A DNA stretch of 56,280 nucleotides, counting the filler, from Sphacelaria rigidula (taxonomy: Eukaryota): assembly GCA_964200075.2 (NCBI GenBank). It is 4 parts of 4 records of this genome, joined end to end, with 100 filler letters (N's around TTAATTAATTAA, not from the genome) between each part and the next. Parts side by side here need not be neighbours in the genome. Positions count along the whole stretch, not along the records: positions 1 to 13,997 come from CAXNAA020002528.1; positions 14,098 to 28,094 come from CAXNAA020002529.1; 2 more parts are not named here. One strand, written 5' to 3'. Position numbers and translations under genes: made by a program. Under the pieces are notes generated by a model that saw only the letters and a list, made by a program, of their open reading frames with translations, ran no database searches and was not told where the DNA came from. How positions within the stretch are numbered: the stretch's first letter is position 1; every line of letters begins with the position of its first letter. Of the stretch, positions 13,065 through 24,866 are shown piece after piece.

Positions 13065-13997
13065 CATTCTAAAACGTAGCCTAACGACGGTTAACCCTTG
13101 AACCGCGGTGGGGGTAGTCCATCTGGATCACGCATAATTGTTTTAAGTGAAAGTTGATGCCGATTCAGCAGGTGACCTACCCTCGCGGTCTAAGGATCGA
13201 CTAGCCTCTTATCATGCTACACGTCAAAGTGTCGTGCAACAATTTGACAGGTGCATGTGACCGTCTTTCGAGTAAATTTTTGACTCTCAATCCGATCTGC
13301 TACTCTCAATCTCACGAAACATTGTTGATAGTTATGCAAAAACAACCAATTGGGGATTTTCTTCGTTCAAGCTTCCCCGAGCTTGACTTGTCGCTGTTGC
13401 TCCGGTCTCTCAAGGCCATGGGCATCTCCTTTCGCACATTCGAAACGGCTCTCACCAAGTGAAGCCGCTTTCATCGGATTCCCTCATCATTGAACAAGAT
13501 GATACCGGGATTTTTCAAGCCCTAGAAAACTTTCGCAGGGGTTTCTCACCGATGAAATTTTCCGTTTTTACGCATGTTGAACATTTCCAGCAACAAAAGT
13601 TTTTTTCGAAACACCAACGGCGGCACTCTTTACTTTTCATCAATTAATTACAGTGTTTCCTCTTTCTTATATTGAGAGACGTTCGAGAAAACCTGTAATA
13701 GCTTTGCATGACACCCGGAGGACGCCAGCCAAAGCTCCTCCTCTCACCTGGGAGCGCCACTTCGCATGCACGAAAGGGTATACATATGGCTTTGAAGACC
13801 GGAGCAACAATGCACGAAAAGACAAGCTAGGAGAGTTTCAGCACAAAAATATAATCCTCAGCAGCTGGTTGTTCTTGCACACCTATTTCGGAAAAAATGT
13901 AAATCCAGAATCCCCTGTAGATAATAAAATGTTCGATTCTGTGTTCGAGAAGAATCGAGCTTTTGTGCAGAAGCGGATAGGAATTTTCCAGATCTGG

Positions 13998-14097
13998 NNN
14001 NNNNNNNNNNNNNNNNNNNNNNNNNNNNNNNNNNNNNNNNNTTAATTAATTAANNNNNNNNNNNNNNNNNNNNNNNNNNNNNNNNNNNNNNNNNNNN
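13998..14097. other. Artificial contig linker N44-TTAATTAATTAA-N44
   Basis: 100-bp spacer with stop codons in all six frames, identical at all three junctions. Confidence 0.97.
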
Positions 14098-15000
14098 TCT
14101 GGTATCGCCACTTCCCGAGACAGCCACGGCTTATACACTACCTCATGGGTCCCTCACCATGTGACTACAGAGGGGGGTTTGGATGTCGAAACACCACTTC
14201 GTCGTGTTCACGACTACGCTAGAGGTCATAAAATCGTGCGGTGGGTTGCCATCCTGGCATGACCGCACCATGGTGTGACCCCGCCCTGTACGGGCATAAG
14301 TGAAAAGGTCGCTATTGAGCCCTCCATGGACAGTTGTAGGGTGGTGCCCACAAGGTCAACTACTTGGTGATAATAGTACCGCACATCGGGCATGTGGGGA
14401 AAGATTTCGACCACACCACGGAAGGCGTCCGCATCAGATGCCCAGTACAGAGTACTGCGCAGATGTCGGAACGGTGTTTAATGTGAAGACAACAACAACA
14501 ACAACAACAACAACAAGCATAATATGCCGGAACACCACACTTCGAGCTATCGCACTATATAGGGACCTCGAATGTACCGGAAACAAATTGCGACATATGT
14601 ATTGTGTGAAGCCCAGTACACGGAGGAGTGGGGCCACTGGTGTGATACCAGATTTGCGCTTGATTCCATCAAATTCGTTCCAGACCGGGGGTCGAAATTG
14701 GCAGCACATGTGGGGAGCGGTAAAAGTAGAAAATAGGCCAAAATATAATGATCACCGCAACCTACGACAGATGCAGCAGGGACACCTATAATAGGTGATG
14801 AAAAAACACGCTCATCGAGGGTTTTTTTCGTCACCGTCGGACTAAGTTGCGAAATCATCATATACATCAAGGAACACCGTGGACTAGTGAAGAGCTCCGT
14901 ATGCTTACAGCGCAAAGAAGCGACAAAACTACGGATCGCGTGCAAGAGGTGACAGTCGAAACCACGGACCCTACCAACGCCATTTGCGCCGTATGTATAC

Positions 15001-15137
15001 CTCGACCAGCTCCATGCCGCATAGGCCTTCTTTGGCCACGCCTCCCACCAACTTGTGCGCTTCTCTCGGCAGCAGCCCTCCGGGCTCTGGCCAGCCGGTG
15101 CCAGGAACAAATGCTGCGTCTAGGGAATCGATGTCAT
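15001..15137 (-). CDS. gdmH: gdmH exon 9 (YDIDSLDAAFVPGTGWPEPGGLLPREAHKLVGGVAKEGLCGMELVE)
   Basis: Acceptor gtccag|, donor GAG|gtatac, 137 bp, phase 1/0. Contains the DxD ligands and the signature Trp. Confidence 0.95.
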
Positions 15138-18100
15138 CTGGACGACAATCATCATGATGCAGCGATGGACACAATCAGCAAGGTGGAAGTCCGCTCCAAA
15201 AAATTGCGAATAGGGACAGCCGTGTGTTGGGGTTATTGCGTCAAGTATCAAGACAAGAAAGAGCGCAGCGTAGGTCACGCGCCACAACACTCCTGGGGAA
15301 TGACGTTTGGGTTCCGCAAACGTATCACCGGGCGGTGTTACCCACGGGGTGTTGTACAACGCGCCCCGATACAGTTATTTAAATATCAATATGGTGCCGA
15401 ATAACGCCGAAAAACCATCAGCTGCGGTTATTATACAAAGTGCCGGTGTCATACCCCGTAAACTATGGTATGTTGAACAAGTGACGGGACGAACGAGCAT
15501 TTGGATGTCCCCTCAGCAATCGCCGCCCCAAGAAGTTATGCAATTCGATCCAAGAAGGACGCGCCAATCTACCCCGGTCCGCAAGGATGGCGAGGTGCTT
15601 CGCGAGGCAACAAGTCCACACTGTATCCCCGCCACAAGCCTAGGCCCTGGTGAAATAGTGCAGTACTCAGGCATCGTGCACCGCATTGACAGTGTGCGCA
15701 GCAAGAGGCAGGATGGAGAACAATCTCTATGCTCAATGCGGGTCCACAGGTGGTCCCGCAAAAGGTGCCACAAAATCGCAAGCATGAAAACCTGGCGACG
15801 CAGAGATTTACACACTGCACCGCATGTTGAAATGAGGTGTCTATGGTACAAGCCACAGGATCCAAAAATGCAATCGCGCAACAAACAATCGTACACATGA
15901 GGTGGACACGCTCCGGATTGCGTTAAAGGATTGCCATTAGCGAACCTCATCAAACACATCTATGTCACGAGCCAAAACCCGCCGGCCCGCCGGCCGTATT
16001 TATTGATGATACCACATTAGCGCACCCTAGACAATAGATTCCACTGTCAAAATGTGTACTGCGCACATTATTGACTACTGCGTCTATTGCAAAATAGACA
16101 ATAGATTCCATACCGCACGCAGTACACTTTCTGTCAATGTAATATATTGTCATCATCCACGATGTGCATGTTATGACCTGCCGTCCAGGGGTCCACTACC
16201 GTACCGAATGAAGGTGCTGTACTCACACGACATGTACACCGCGTCGCAACCATCCCACGCAGCTTCAAGCGCCATCTCGATCACCTTGTCCATGCCGAAA
16301 TCTTCCAAATCCTGTCCCGGCGGTGATACAAACAGTTGCGTAAGTGGACACTCGTGAACCCCAACGCGCTGGCGCAGCTATTTTACGATACTATACATGC
16401 GATGTGTCCGCCTGATGCTGTACCCTTCCCATGAGACACTCTCGCCATCCCGCACGACACATTCAGGGTCGGAAGACGTCTTCAGCGCGCACAAAAACTA
16501 CACACACGCGTCTCTCGGGTCCCTTGGTTGGACACAGAGAATTCTGCACCGTGATGATTCCTGTTCCACCGAGCCCACAAATGGTCGACTTGGTTGACTT
16601 CGATTTTGCTTGTTTTGTCGTACTTGAAAATTCCCCGCCACCCTTTCTCATCCGTCAGGATAAGTAGGTATAGTCTCAAAGGAATCGACCCATCGATCCT
16701 ATAGTACCTGCCTGACGAGTTTATTTGTAGTACTAGACCAGCAATGCCGCCTCCGCGCTGGCTACCATTAGACTTGTACAATCTTGCCAACGTCCGTTGT
16801 AACATTTTCAGACTGTACTACAATATATATACAAGGGTTTCGGCGGCTTACGCCGCCACGCTCAACGGATCGGTTTTCAAGATACATGAGCACTGGCGGT
16901 AGTATACGGCATTATCCTCGTACAGTACAGTAGTACATCACTACATTGTTGACGAAATACATCAGCCACAGACACCACAGCATATGTTGTACAACTGTAC
17001 GGTTCTGTACTGGCTGCAGTGTGCCGTTGAAACACCACACATGGCACCAGCATGCACACGTAGAGAACGATATCCGAGCGCACAGAACGAGCCTCGATCG
17101 TTTTTCTTCCCGGGAGAGTACTCGTATAGCAGTAAAGTATGGTAAGATGGATGAAGTGCAGCACAGTAGTATGAGTAGGGAGATATTGACCCGACAGGAT
17201 GGCGTCAACCCGTTGACAGACGGAGGTGTCCACCAGTGGAATGTGGAACGGGTAACATCTTCATCCGAAAATGAGCTGGAATTGATTGATTTGATTGATT
17301 GATTGATTGTTGCACTTTAACTGACCCCCCCAGGGATCCAGCCGTGGGGCATACGATAGACATGCCCACTACAAAACTAAACTGAAACACTTGCTGGAAA
17401 AAAAAGAAGGGACAAAAACAAAAACAAAAGACAAGGAAAAAAAAGGGAATGATGCCGATTCTACAAATGGACACCTCCGATGGCCACAGGGTCAAAACGG
17501 GCACGGCTAATTCGAGACTAGAGGGACAGGTGACGGCATTCGGAATCGCTGCAGCCGACAAAGGTAGCCGAAAGTTACGTCTAGTTGCCAAAACAGCAGA
17601 GGCGACCGAACAGATGGACGCGTACAATATATCGAACGGAACGCATCGCAACACCATATAGGCACCGCGGGACCACATGCTGACTTCATGTCCTCGGAAC
17701 CCATACAGAACGCGCCCTAAGTAAGGTGAAGTGAAATGTGGCCTATCGGCGCTTGAAGCATGATAGGAAACACCACCCAATCTAAAATCAAGTAGAGACG
17801 GAATGATTGTCAGGACTCGAGAGATGAACATGCTGGCCTTCCAGCCGACCAGAGAAATATCCGGCTGAATTCTCAGGGGAAAAGTAAATCATATATGAAT
17901 GCCATGTAATGATACTATTCCGCACTGACTTCCAGACCTGCATGGTGAAGATATTGGTCTGGCGGTCTCTCATGTTCTTCAAAGATGCGCGGGGGACCTG
18001 TCAACACGAGTCGTGCGGCGCGCAATCGAAGAGACGGATAGAGAAGAGAGTTGAGCCTTACAGGGCGCTAAGCATGGGTCAGGTGCATGGACTACACCTC

Positions 18101-21100
18101 CTGGGCACGGGACGAGCATACCAGGCTCCATCAATCAACCGCTTCATTGAGTGTTTTTTTCCGACTGACTTTCTACAAACCCAGTCGTGACGACAGGAAA
18201 GATTCACCTACGGCAAACAACCAACAGACGTAGATCGTACATGCAAAAACTCATTTCATGCCCTCAGACTAGCGCGCTTTGCCGAGCAAACCTTGAGACT
18301 GCTATAGGCCGCTACCCAAATGGAGGATCTTTCATTGGCTTTTCAACCCTTATCTTGGTGCTGGTGCTTCTGACTGATCTGCACCTGCCAGCCACCGATG
18401 CCAATCTGGACGAGGTTCTTGGCGGGCACATTGGGGATGTTCGTCGCGTGAAAGTAGGGCGTAGTGTGCATACGCTCGTCCAGGTCCTTCTCTTGGATAT
18501 CCGCGTGGCGATCGACGTGTATGATCCCGATGTTCTTCGAAGTTACCGAGGCGATCCTGGGTTGATGGAACATGACCAGTAGGACAGCCGTTACGGTCGT
18601 GGCAACGTACGTGGGCGCGAGGAGGAAGATGTGAGAAAAAGACGAATGGTGAGAACACATTACGGTCGCTTGTGGTAGCCACAGCGGGAACAGCAGCAGC
18701 AGGCGAACCACACAAGAGCCATTACAGCCACGGCAACAAAAACACAGAAATGGGCGTGCCGATGGAACGATAAAAACAAGACACAGCACTACTCCCCACT
18801 CCCACTAACCACCGACACAACCACCACTACATCCGCCACGCTTCAAAATTAAGCATTTGGCTTGTTTTGAACCTTCCACGACATGATCAGAGTATCAATG
18901 ATATTGCTACGTACTTATATAGGTATATATATATATATATATTGGCCTTCTTTAGTGAGATCACCGTCGTGGCTCATCTCCAAGTTGTTTGTTTCCACAA
19001 AACATGGGTTAGTTGTCCGTGAAGCGCAATGACTACGCACCCGCGAACGGTTGGGAAGCCGATTGAGTGATCGCCCCCCATGATGATGGGCATAGCTCCC
19101 GAAGCAGACACGTAAGCCACAGCGTTGGAGATCTGATCAAAAGTCTTTTCGATGTTGGCGGGTATTGTAAACACATCTCCGGCGTCGCACATGGTCATTT
19201 GCTCACGCAGGTCCACCCCCGTTTCGTAATTGTAAGGCGTATCTGTTGCATAAAATACACGTTACAGTACATCCGCGAAAAAGAAACACGAAACACGCGG
19301 GAGCAGACAACATGCGGAATTAGAGACAAAAACCGAGGGGGAAGCAGTAGGTGGTTACCGAAACGCAGTAAAGAAGAATGAAAAAAAAAGGTCAACGGTC
19401 GACACTCCAGTGAAACCAAGCGGTAACGGCAGGTGCAAAACACAAGGAAGACGGAACTCCAACGTGCGAACGAAGAAGAGGCGATAAAACCCGAGAGCAA
19501 AACACCAACCAAAGCCACCGGGGATTATGCATTTTTCATCAGGGTAGGGAGCATATGAAACCTCAGGTGTGGCGGAGTTGAGCCCGGGCGACACCTGAGA
19601 ATGTATGTAGCAATGCCGGTCAAACCAGTGCGTACCCTACTGGACTTGACTCGACTCCTCTTTGCGATGCGTGTTCGTCGCGGCTTTATTCGTCGATTCG
19701 GATTCATCCATACGTTGAGCAGTCAAACTCCACACTAGGATAGTATCCCGTTCACTTGATTGATAGAGGGCAAAGCGAAACCACTCGACGTAGCCAACCC
19801 AGCAACTCGTCCGCCACGCTTCAGCGCTAGTGGGTAACACTTCACATTGACGCCCACACGATGGTGTCCCATTTGCGCAATCTTTGGTAACTTGAGCATG
19901 ATTATCCACAGTCACGACAGTGTCACGTTCCGTTTGAGGTGTTTTTCAGTGATTGTTGTATTTTTCTGTCGGTGGTTCGAGTGTCCATCTAGATTTTTTC
20001 CTCACTCGGACGGAGCCGTTTCAGCTGGCGAGTATGTGAATAGTACAAGGGAGGGAGTACTCATGACCATGCATGCCATAGTCATAAGACCATTGACCTC
20101 GCGGGGGGAGGGAGGGGGGTGATGCGCACGATGCTGTGTTAGTGTCTACTATATCGGACTTGACAAAGCCATTCTTGGAGAAAAAACAGGTGGCCACATT
20201 GGGATAGTCACGGTGCCGTAGTTCGCTGAAACGGTGGTGCACATTGCTTACCAAGCTCTTGAAGTAGACTTAGTGAAGACCTTGCGTGGAGGCGTTCGGA
20301 GGGTTAGGAACTGGAAAGCAATTGTAAAAAGACCACATTTGTGCACCAAAGAAAATGCGTGCGATTGTGTATGAGGGAGGGGGGGGGGGGGCTATACATT
20401 TGTTGCTCGCCTTAGTCGTTTGACCATTGACCACGCATCCCTTTCGAGACGGAGCGTGTTTGGGTTGAGGGGGGGATTTTTTTGCATGAAATCAATAAAC
20501 GAACCGCCTTGCGTTGGTGCAGAGAAGTGATGTCGAACCTACCCGAAGTTTGAGCTCACATGTCGGAGGCCTTCCAAAGTTGTTCGGCGGTACCCCGAAG
20601 GGTGTGGAGTATCGTGCCTCTCGGGAAACAAGTGGCAAAACAAACAGGTCGAAAAATAGTGAAAATGGCCGATCTTGAACACCCTTGTCTCAAGACCAGC
20701 TCATCGGTTACCGTCGAAAAAGAGGGAAGCATGTCGTCAACTTCCCAGCAATGCCGAGATATCTGGGGAGAGAAGCAAATGGCTATGGCAACGCAGTACA
20801 CATCTCCTGTGTGTATCTTGCTATTGACGAAGTGGAGCGCGTAAGAGGTCATTTTGATTTGTCGGTGTTGCACCTAGTCTTCATTTCTCATATAATAGGC
20901 TTTCGCTTTCACTTCATTGGCGCACACGGCTCATCCACTCGCCCGTCATGTACGCATGAGGACCACAAGGTAGCTGCGCCGGCGTGGACTAACGGCTCTC
21001 TCGACTTGTGCGGGGTAAACGAGGTGTTCGAGGATCGATGTTTAGTGCGGAGGTGAAGGACGCCAAGGCCCTCTATGCCAAGATTTAGAACAAACGAGGT

Positions 21101-24100
21101 TCGACGGTCGTCGAAATGTTTCGACAGAATATCGCGGTAGGCGATGGCAAGTGCCGCGTTTTCCTTAACCTATCCGTTTAAACTGCAAGTTTTGAGATAC
21201 GGGATGCCCAGGGCTTGGGGAGCAATGGTTGTCCAGTATTGAAGACACATGAAACGCACAAATTACAACGCGAGGTACGTTTTACGCCAACTCATTGCCA
21301 AAATCCATGGTTGGCACCTACTTCATGTTATCAAAACGGCTGACCTTAGTGCAAACCACGCAAGGGATATTATGTGGCGAAAAACAGGCGCTCCGCCCGA
21401 AGTGCGAGCCGGCGGAGCTGAGCAAAAAATGCGCGCTGCACATGCTGGCGAGAACATGGAATTGTCAGCCCCCAAACGATCCTAATGTGATGTTCCGCAC
21501 CGAGAATACGTATCTTTCATCCGCAATCCTTGGCGACAGGTTGGGGTTAACTCAACTCTAGATAGAGTCCGCCCCACAAATTCAAACATACAAAAACACA
21601 CACACGCACACACTACTCCGAAATTACAACGAACACTGTACAAACTGTCCTCCTTACCGCCCTAGACATTGACCGTCGTGTACTGATAAGGTCGTCCCCG
21701 GCGGTACTATTTCGAAATGCGACATTATTTTTCTCTCTTCAGCACCGAACTCATCTCCGCAGAATCGGTTCTCGAGTCAATGCACCGGGTGGTATCCTTC
21801 CAAAATGGAACGTGTTTCGGTGCCGTTGCGACGCACCGAGCTTACTCCAGCATCCACAAGCTTTTTCATATAGTGCCATCATTAATTCTTGGGCGTGAAC
21901 ACTTTGCGCAGGGATGACGCGGATTTTATATCAACAACCCTCCGATCACAGGAAAACCGGGAGTCGACACGAGGTGGCCCATACTAGCGCGTTCTACCTG
22001 AGGGGCTTGCGTGTGGGTACAACAAACAACGAAAATACGAAGAAAAACAAACAGGCCATCATTTCCCTGACTCGAACTTGTGACCAATTTTGAAACGCTC
22101 GACAATATATATGTAACCACCAGATACATATCTGACCTCACACTTCGCATATTTCGGAGTTTTACGCCCCGACTACTTGTTGTTAACCTGAATTGACCAA
22201 GTCTTCGGAAAAGGTGACCCGTCGCTCCCGCCACTATGGCCGATTTACTTGGACTCACAGAGAGCGGAGATGCGACGGATTCCCTGAGGTCCGAAGCGGG
22301 TACCGGGTCGATAGGTGGTGCCTCCGTCGAATGGAACTCCCAGAACAGCAGCATCGTAACCCCCCACATCTCGGATGTCGTCCAGAAAAGGTGCCTGAAA
22401 TGCACAAGCCGAGTTGAGGGAATGGGAATGATGACGATCGTGAATGCACGTTGGACAATCGAGCAGGTACTGCCTTTGGTGCGTATGTGGACTTGCGACA
22501 CTGGCACGTTACGCTACGATGTAGTTGAGGAATCTCATGAAGGCCACCCTCTGCAAGATCAGTAACCCGTTCGAAAAAGGATCCTTGAAACAAGGCGCAT
22601 ACTCTTCATATCCACAATAATCTTCGGCGAACCCAATACGAGGTCGGTGACTATCTTGGGATCGGTAAATATACGGGTAAACTACGTATAATAGGTGCCC
22701 AGCGAAGTGACCCTCGAGTGTACACCATACACACCCAAGAATCGAGCACGATCTCTGCCAACACAACTTTGGGAATGAATAGGTCGATATTTCTGTCTGC
22801 CGAACACTGCCTCATCCCCTGCAGGCTACCAGTCAACCATTGCATTGATGAACAGGCGAAAAGATATGCGGTTCGAGTCCCGGCATGATCGATTGTGGAA
22901 GGAATGAGTTTGACATGTGAACAGTGAGGCTTGCGAGGGGCAAGGGCCCCCGGAGATCACTGATGTGTCATGCCGGGACGGACCGCACAGTATATTTTTG
23001 TTCAGGAAGCGAACCGTTTACCCATTGAAGAGGTGAGCGCTCACTGGTTCAATGGGTAATTTGTTCGCTTCCTGAACACAAGATTCGACAACCTTTCTCA
23101 AGTATTTAGGCCGTTTCAGCTGATCAGCAGTCGTTGTAGTGTAGATGATATGATAGACCTGAAGAAGAGTTGAGTGAACTGATCAAGCCCTTCAACTAAT
23201 CAACAACACCGCTCGCTTCAGTTGGCAGTGTCTGACCTTCATGAACGTGTTAATCCCCGCGAAATGCGGCAGCTCGCCGCGACTGAAGGTTGGGATAGTT
23301 CTGTCCACAACGGAGGACGCCGCCGGCAAGCCATGCTCCAGGCCTCTCGCCACCTGAGGTGCGGTCAGGTTCGCAGGTAAGTACGTCGTACCGTGACGGC
23401 AGCGGCTGCCCCAGCGATGAGCATTTTGCAGAAATCTCGATGGGTTATTTCAAGGATGTCGATATGTTTCGGGTGTTCAGGTATCATTATCTACTTATGG
23501 AACTCATATTGGAGGCTTGTTTATCACTCCCCGGTAAAACTGTGCGACCTTACAGGAGAACCCGAATGAGGGTACAAGCGCTGGCGGGCCGGCACTCGGG
23601 GTATCGCGTAGCGGCTTGTGCACTTGGTTCCTTCACCACGGAACGAATCCAATCGGTGCCAGCCAGAGCGTGATATTCACGACAACTTGTCAAACCAAAA
23701 CCCGCAAAAGCGACAATGCACGGCAAGCCTGCTGGACCGATCACATCGCCTGCTTCGCACGCGACACCACTGTTTTACGAGAAGCGCGTCTTGGGGAAGA
23801 GTGAAAGTGACTGGGGCCACCGCAAAGGATGACAGAAATCGTGTCCTGGGTACATACTGTAACTTGTCGTCGCTGTATGTTCGCAAGGGACACCTCATGC
23901 ACAACTGCAAATCCATGTCTATGCTCACTTTTCTTTCCATCCCACGGAACATGGACCAATGTCGGGCACACACGACTCATGACCCGTTGCTCCCGTTTTC
24001 AGTCTTGGGTGTGAGCGATGAGAAACCGTAGTAATATTTTCCATAACCGAAGGTACCTCAGGGTACTTTTCATTTATCGATTGTTGGGTTGACTGCTTAA

Positions 24101-24866
24101 TAGCCCGACATGAACTGATCGTTTGATAACGACGAATCCATTTGTGGCCAAAAGACAAAGGATTGATGTTCCCAAGGTGACCTATGTGCCTGATGAGCCG
24201 ACGCAGTTCGCTCAAATGCCACCCTACGCGACTACTGCTGTACAAAGCCATGACGTCAGATGCGCTCACCTCGGCGTCGTGAGCCACCGTAGGTAGATCC
24301 TTTTCTGCTTGGGCGGCCCTCCAGCCTTGAGTCTTCTTCCATTTCGTGGCGTTAGAATCTCCGTCATCGAAAGGCTGAACGATTGAAAAAAAACGTGAAG
24401 AACAAGTCACAAGAGTAACAACAACTGACACTTTGTACGATAGCCCCCCCCCCTCCCCAAACCCGAAAGGGATGCGTGGTCAATGGTCAAACGACTAAGG
24501 CAAGCAACAAATGAGTACGCCCCCCCCCCCTCCCCAAACCCGCCAAAAACTGTCACGGAATAAATGATCATACAGCGCCTGATGACTGGGTTTCAGGCGG
24601 CATGAGCGCCTCATACGGGCGACATTGGCGAAACCGAACCGAAGCGCGGGAATTCCCAGCTGCTCATTGTCCTCGGCTTTTGTCATTTCAATGTACGTGT
24701 GGATTTTGTCTTCCCAGACCAGCTACTTCGTTGGGGGGGGGGGGCTATCGTGAAAAGTGTCATTTACGGGTGCGTTACTTCCGAAATGATCCCGACTGGA
24801 TTCGTCACCAAGCGTGGAGTTGATAAAAGCAAGACACAGCAACACGTTAAACCATTTGAGCCCCAT
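15001..24866 (-). CDS. gdmH: Guanidine hydrolase (GdmH-type, arginase/ureohydrolase family), 9 visible exons, 3'-incomplete
   Basis: Exons 24866-24768(?), 24374-24270, 23353-23237, 22394-22259, 19242-19041, 18556-18385, 17997-17938, 16311-16227, 15137-15001. All introns are GT-AG with matching phases, giving 371 aa without stops. Motifs IPTFSRGELPHFAGINTFMK, GTTYRPGTRFGPQGIRRISALY, GGDHS, DRHAD, SYDID and PGTGWPEPGG closely resemble Synechocystis GdmH (Sll1077) as I recall it. The expected C-terminal VSPPYD.. exon was not found before the contig end at 14098. Confidence 0.9.
16227..16311 (-). CDS. gdmH: gdmH exon 8 (DLEDFGMDKVIEMALEAAWDGCDAVYMS)
   Basis: Acceptor gacag|, donor TCGT|gtgagt, 85 bp, phase 0/1. 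Confidence 0.92.
17938..17997 (-). CDS. gdmH: gdmH exon 7 (VPRASLKNMRDRQTNIFTMQ)
   Basis: Acceptor tgacag|, donor CAG|gtctgg, 60 bp, phase 0/0. Confidence 0.9.
18385..18556 (-). CDS. gdmH: gdmH exon 6 (IASVTSKNIGIIHVDRHADIQEKDLDERMHTTPYFHATN...IGIGGWQ)
   Basis: Acceptor cccag|, donor CAG|gtgcag, 172 bp, phase 2/0. Contains the DxHxD motif. Confidence 0.95.
19041..19242 (-). CDS. gdmH: gdmH exon 5 (YTPYNYETGVDLREQ...GGDHSIGFPTVR)
   Basis: Acceptor caacag|, donor GG|gtgcgt, 202 bp, phase 1/2. Contains the GGDHS metal-ligand motif. Confidence 0.95.
22259..22394 (-). CDS. gdmH: gdmH exon 4 (APFLDDIRDVGGYDAAVLGVPFDGGTTYRPGTRFGPQGIRRISAL)
   Basis: Acceptor tttcag|, donor CT|gtgagt, 136 bp, phase 0/1. 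Confidence 0.95.
22999..23078. repeat. 80-nt near-perfect foldback in gdmH intron 3
   Basis: TGTTCAGGAAGCGAAC..TTACCCATTGAA..GTGAGC|GCTCAC..TTCAATGGGTAA..GTTCGCTTCCTGAACA. Confidence 0.9.
23237..23353 (-). CDS. gdmH: gdmH exon 3 (VARGLEHGLPAASSVVDRTIPTFSRGELPHFAGINTFMK)
   Basis: Acceptor cctcag|, donor AAG|gtcaga, 117 bp. Contains the GdmH N-terminal signature. Confidence 0.93.
24270..24374 (-). CDS. gdmH: gdmH exon 2 (PFDDGDSNATKWKKTQGWRAAQAEKDLPTVAHDAE), N-terminal extension
   Basis: Acceptor ttttcaatcgttcag|, donor GAG|gtgagc, 105 bp, phase 0/0. Confidence 0.8.
24426..24762. mobile_element. MITE filling most of putative gdmH intron 1
   Basis: TIR TGACACTTT..ACGATAGCCCCCC; body homologous to 34900-35072. 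Confidence 0.7.
24768..24866 (-). CDS. gdmH: Probable gdmH exon 1, signal-peptide-like MGLKWFNVLLCLAFINSTLG-DESSRDHFGSNAP
   Basis: ATG in aaatATGG context, 33 codons, phase-0 donor CCC|gtaaat that matches the phase-0 acceptor of exon 2. No homology support. Confidence 0.5.

Larger units (their letters stand above)
10547..13195. mobile_element. Stacked array of TTAA-targeting (piggyBac-like) MITEs with inverted outer arms
   Basis: TTAA junctions at 10649, 11400, 12157, (12467 TAAA) and 13091. TIR families are CCCTTRGACCGCGRG and CCGKCGTTGGG.TACRTTTTAGAAT. Confidence 0.7.

Noticed and set aside
1-13997. Missing last gdmH exon located on contig 1
   Set aside because: No VSPPYD-like exon was found by eye, and contig 1 is unlinked.
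14042-14053. TTAATTAATTAA as a biological motif
   Set aside because: Assembly linker centred in N runs.
21688-21699. Minus-strand GGGG-ACGA-CCUU hairpin in gdmH intron 4, resembling a guanidine-II riboswitch loop
   Set aside because: Guanidine-II needs two adjacent G-ACGR-C hairpins. Only one weak stem is present and the neighbouring ACGA lacks the closing pair, so this is expected by chance.
15001-24374. Plain agmatinase (speB) or arginase call
   Set aside because: The N-terminal extension, DRHxD and PGTGWPEPGG are GdmH-type features.
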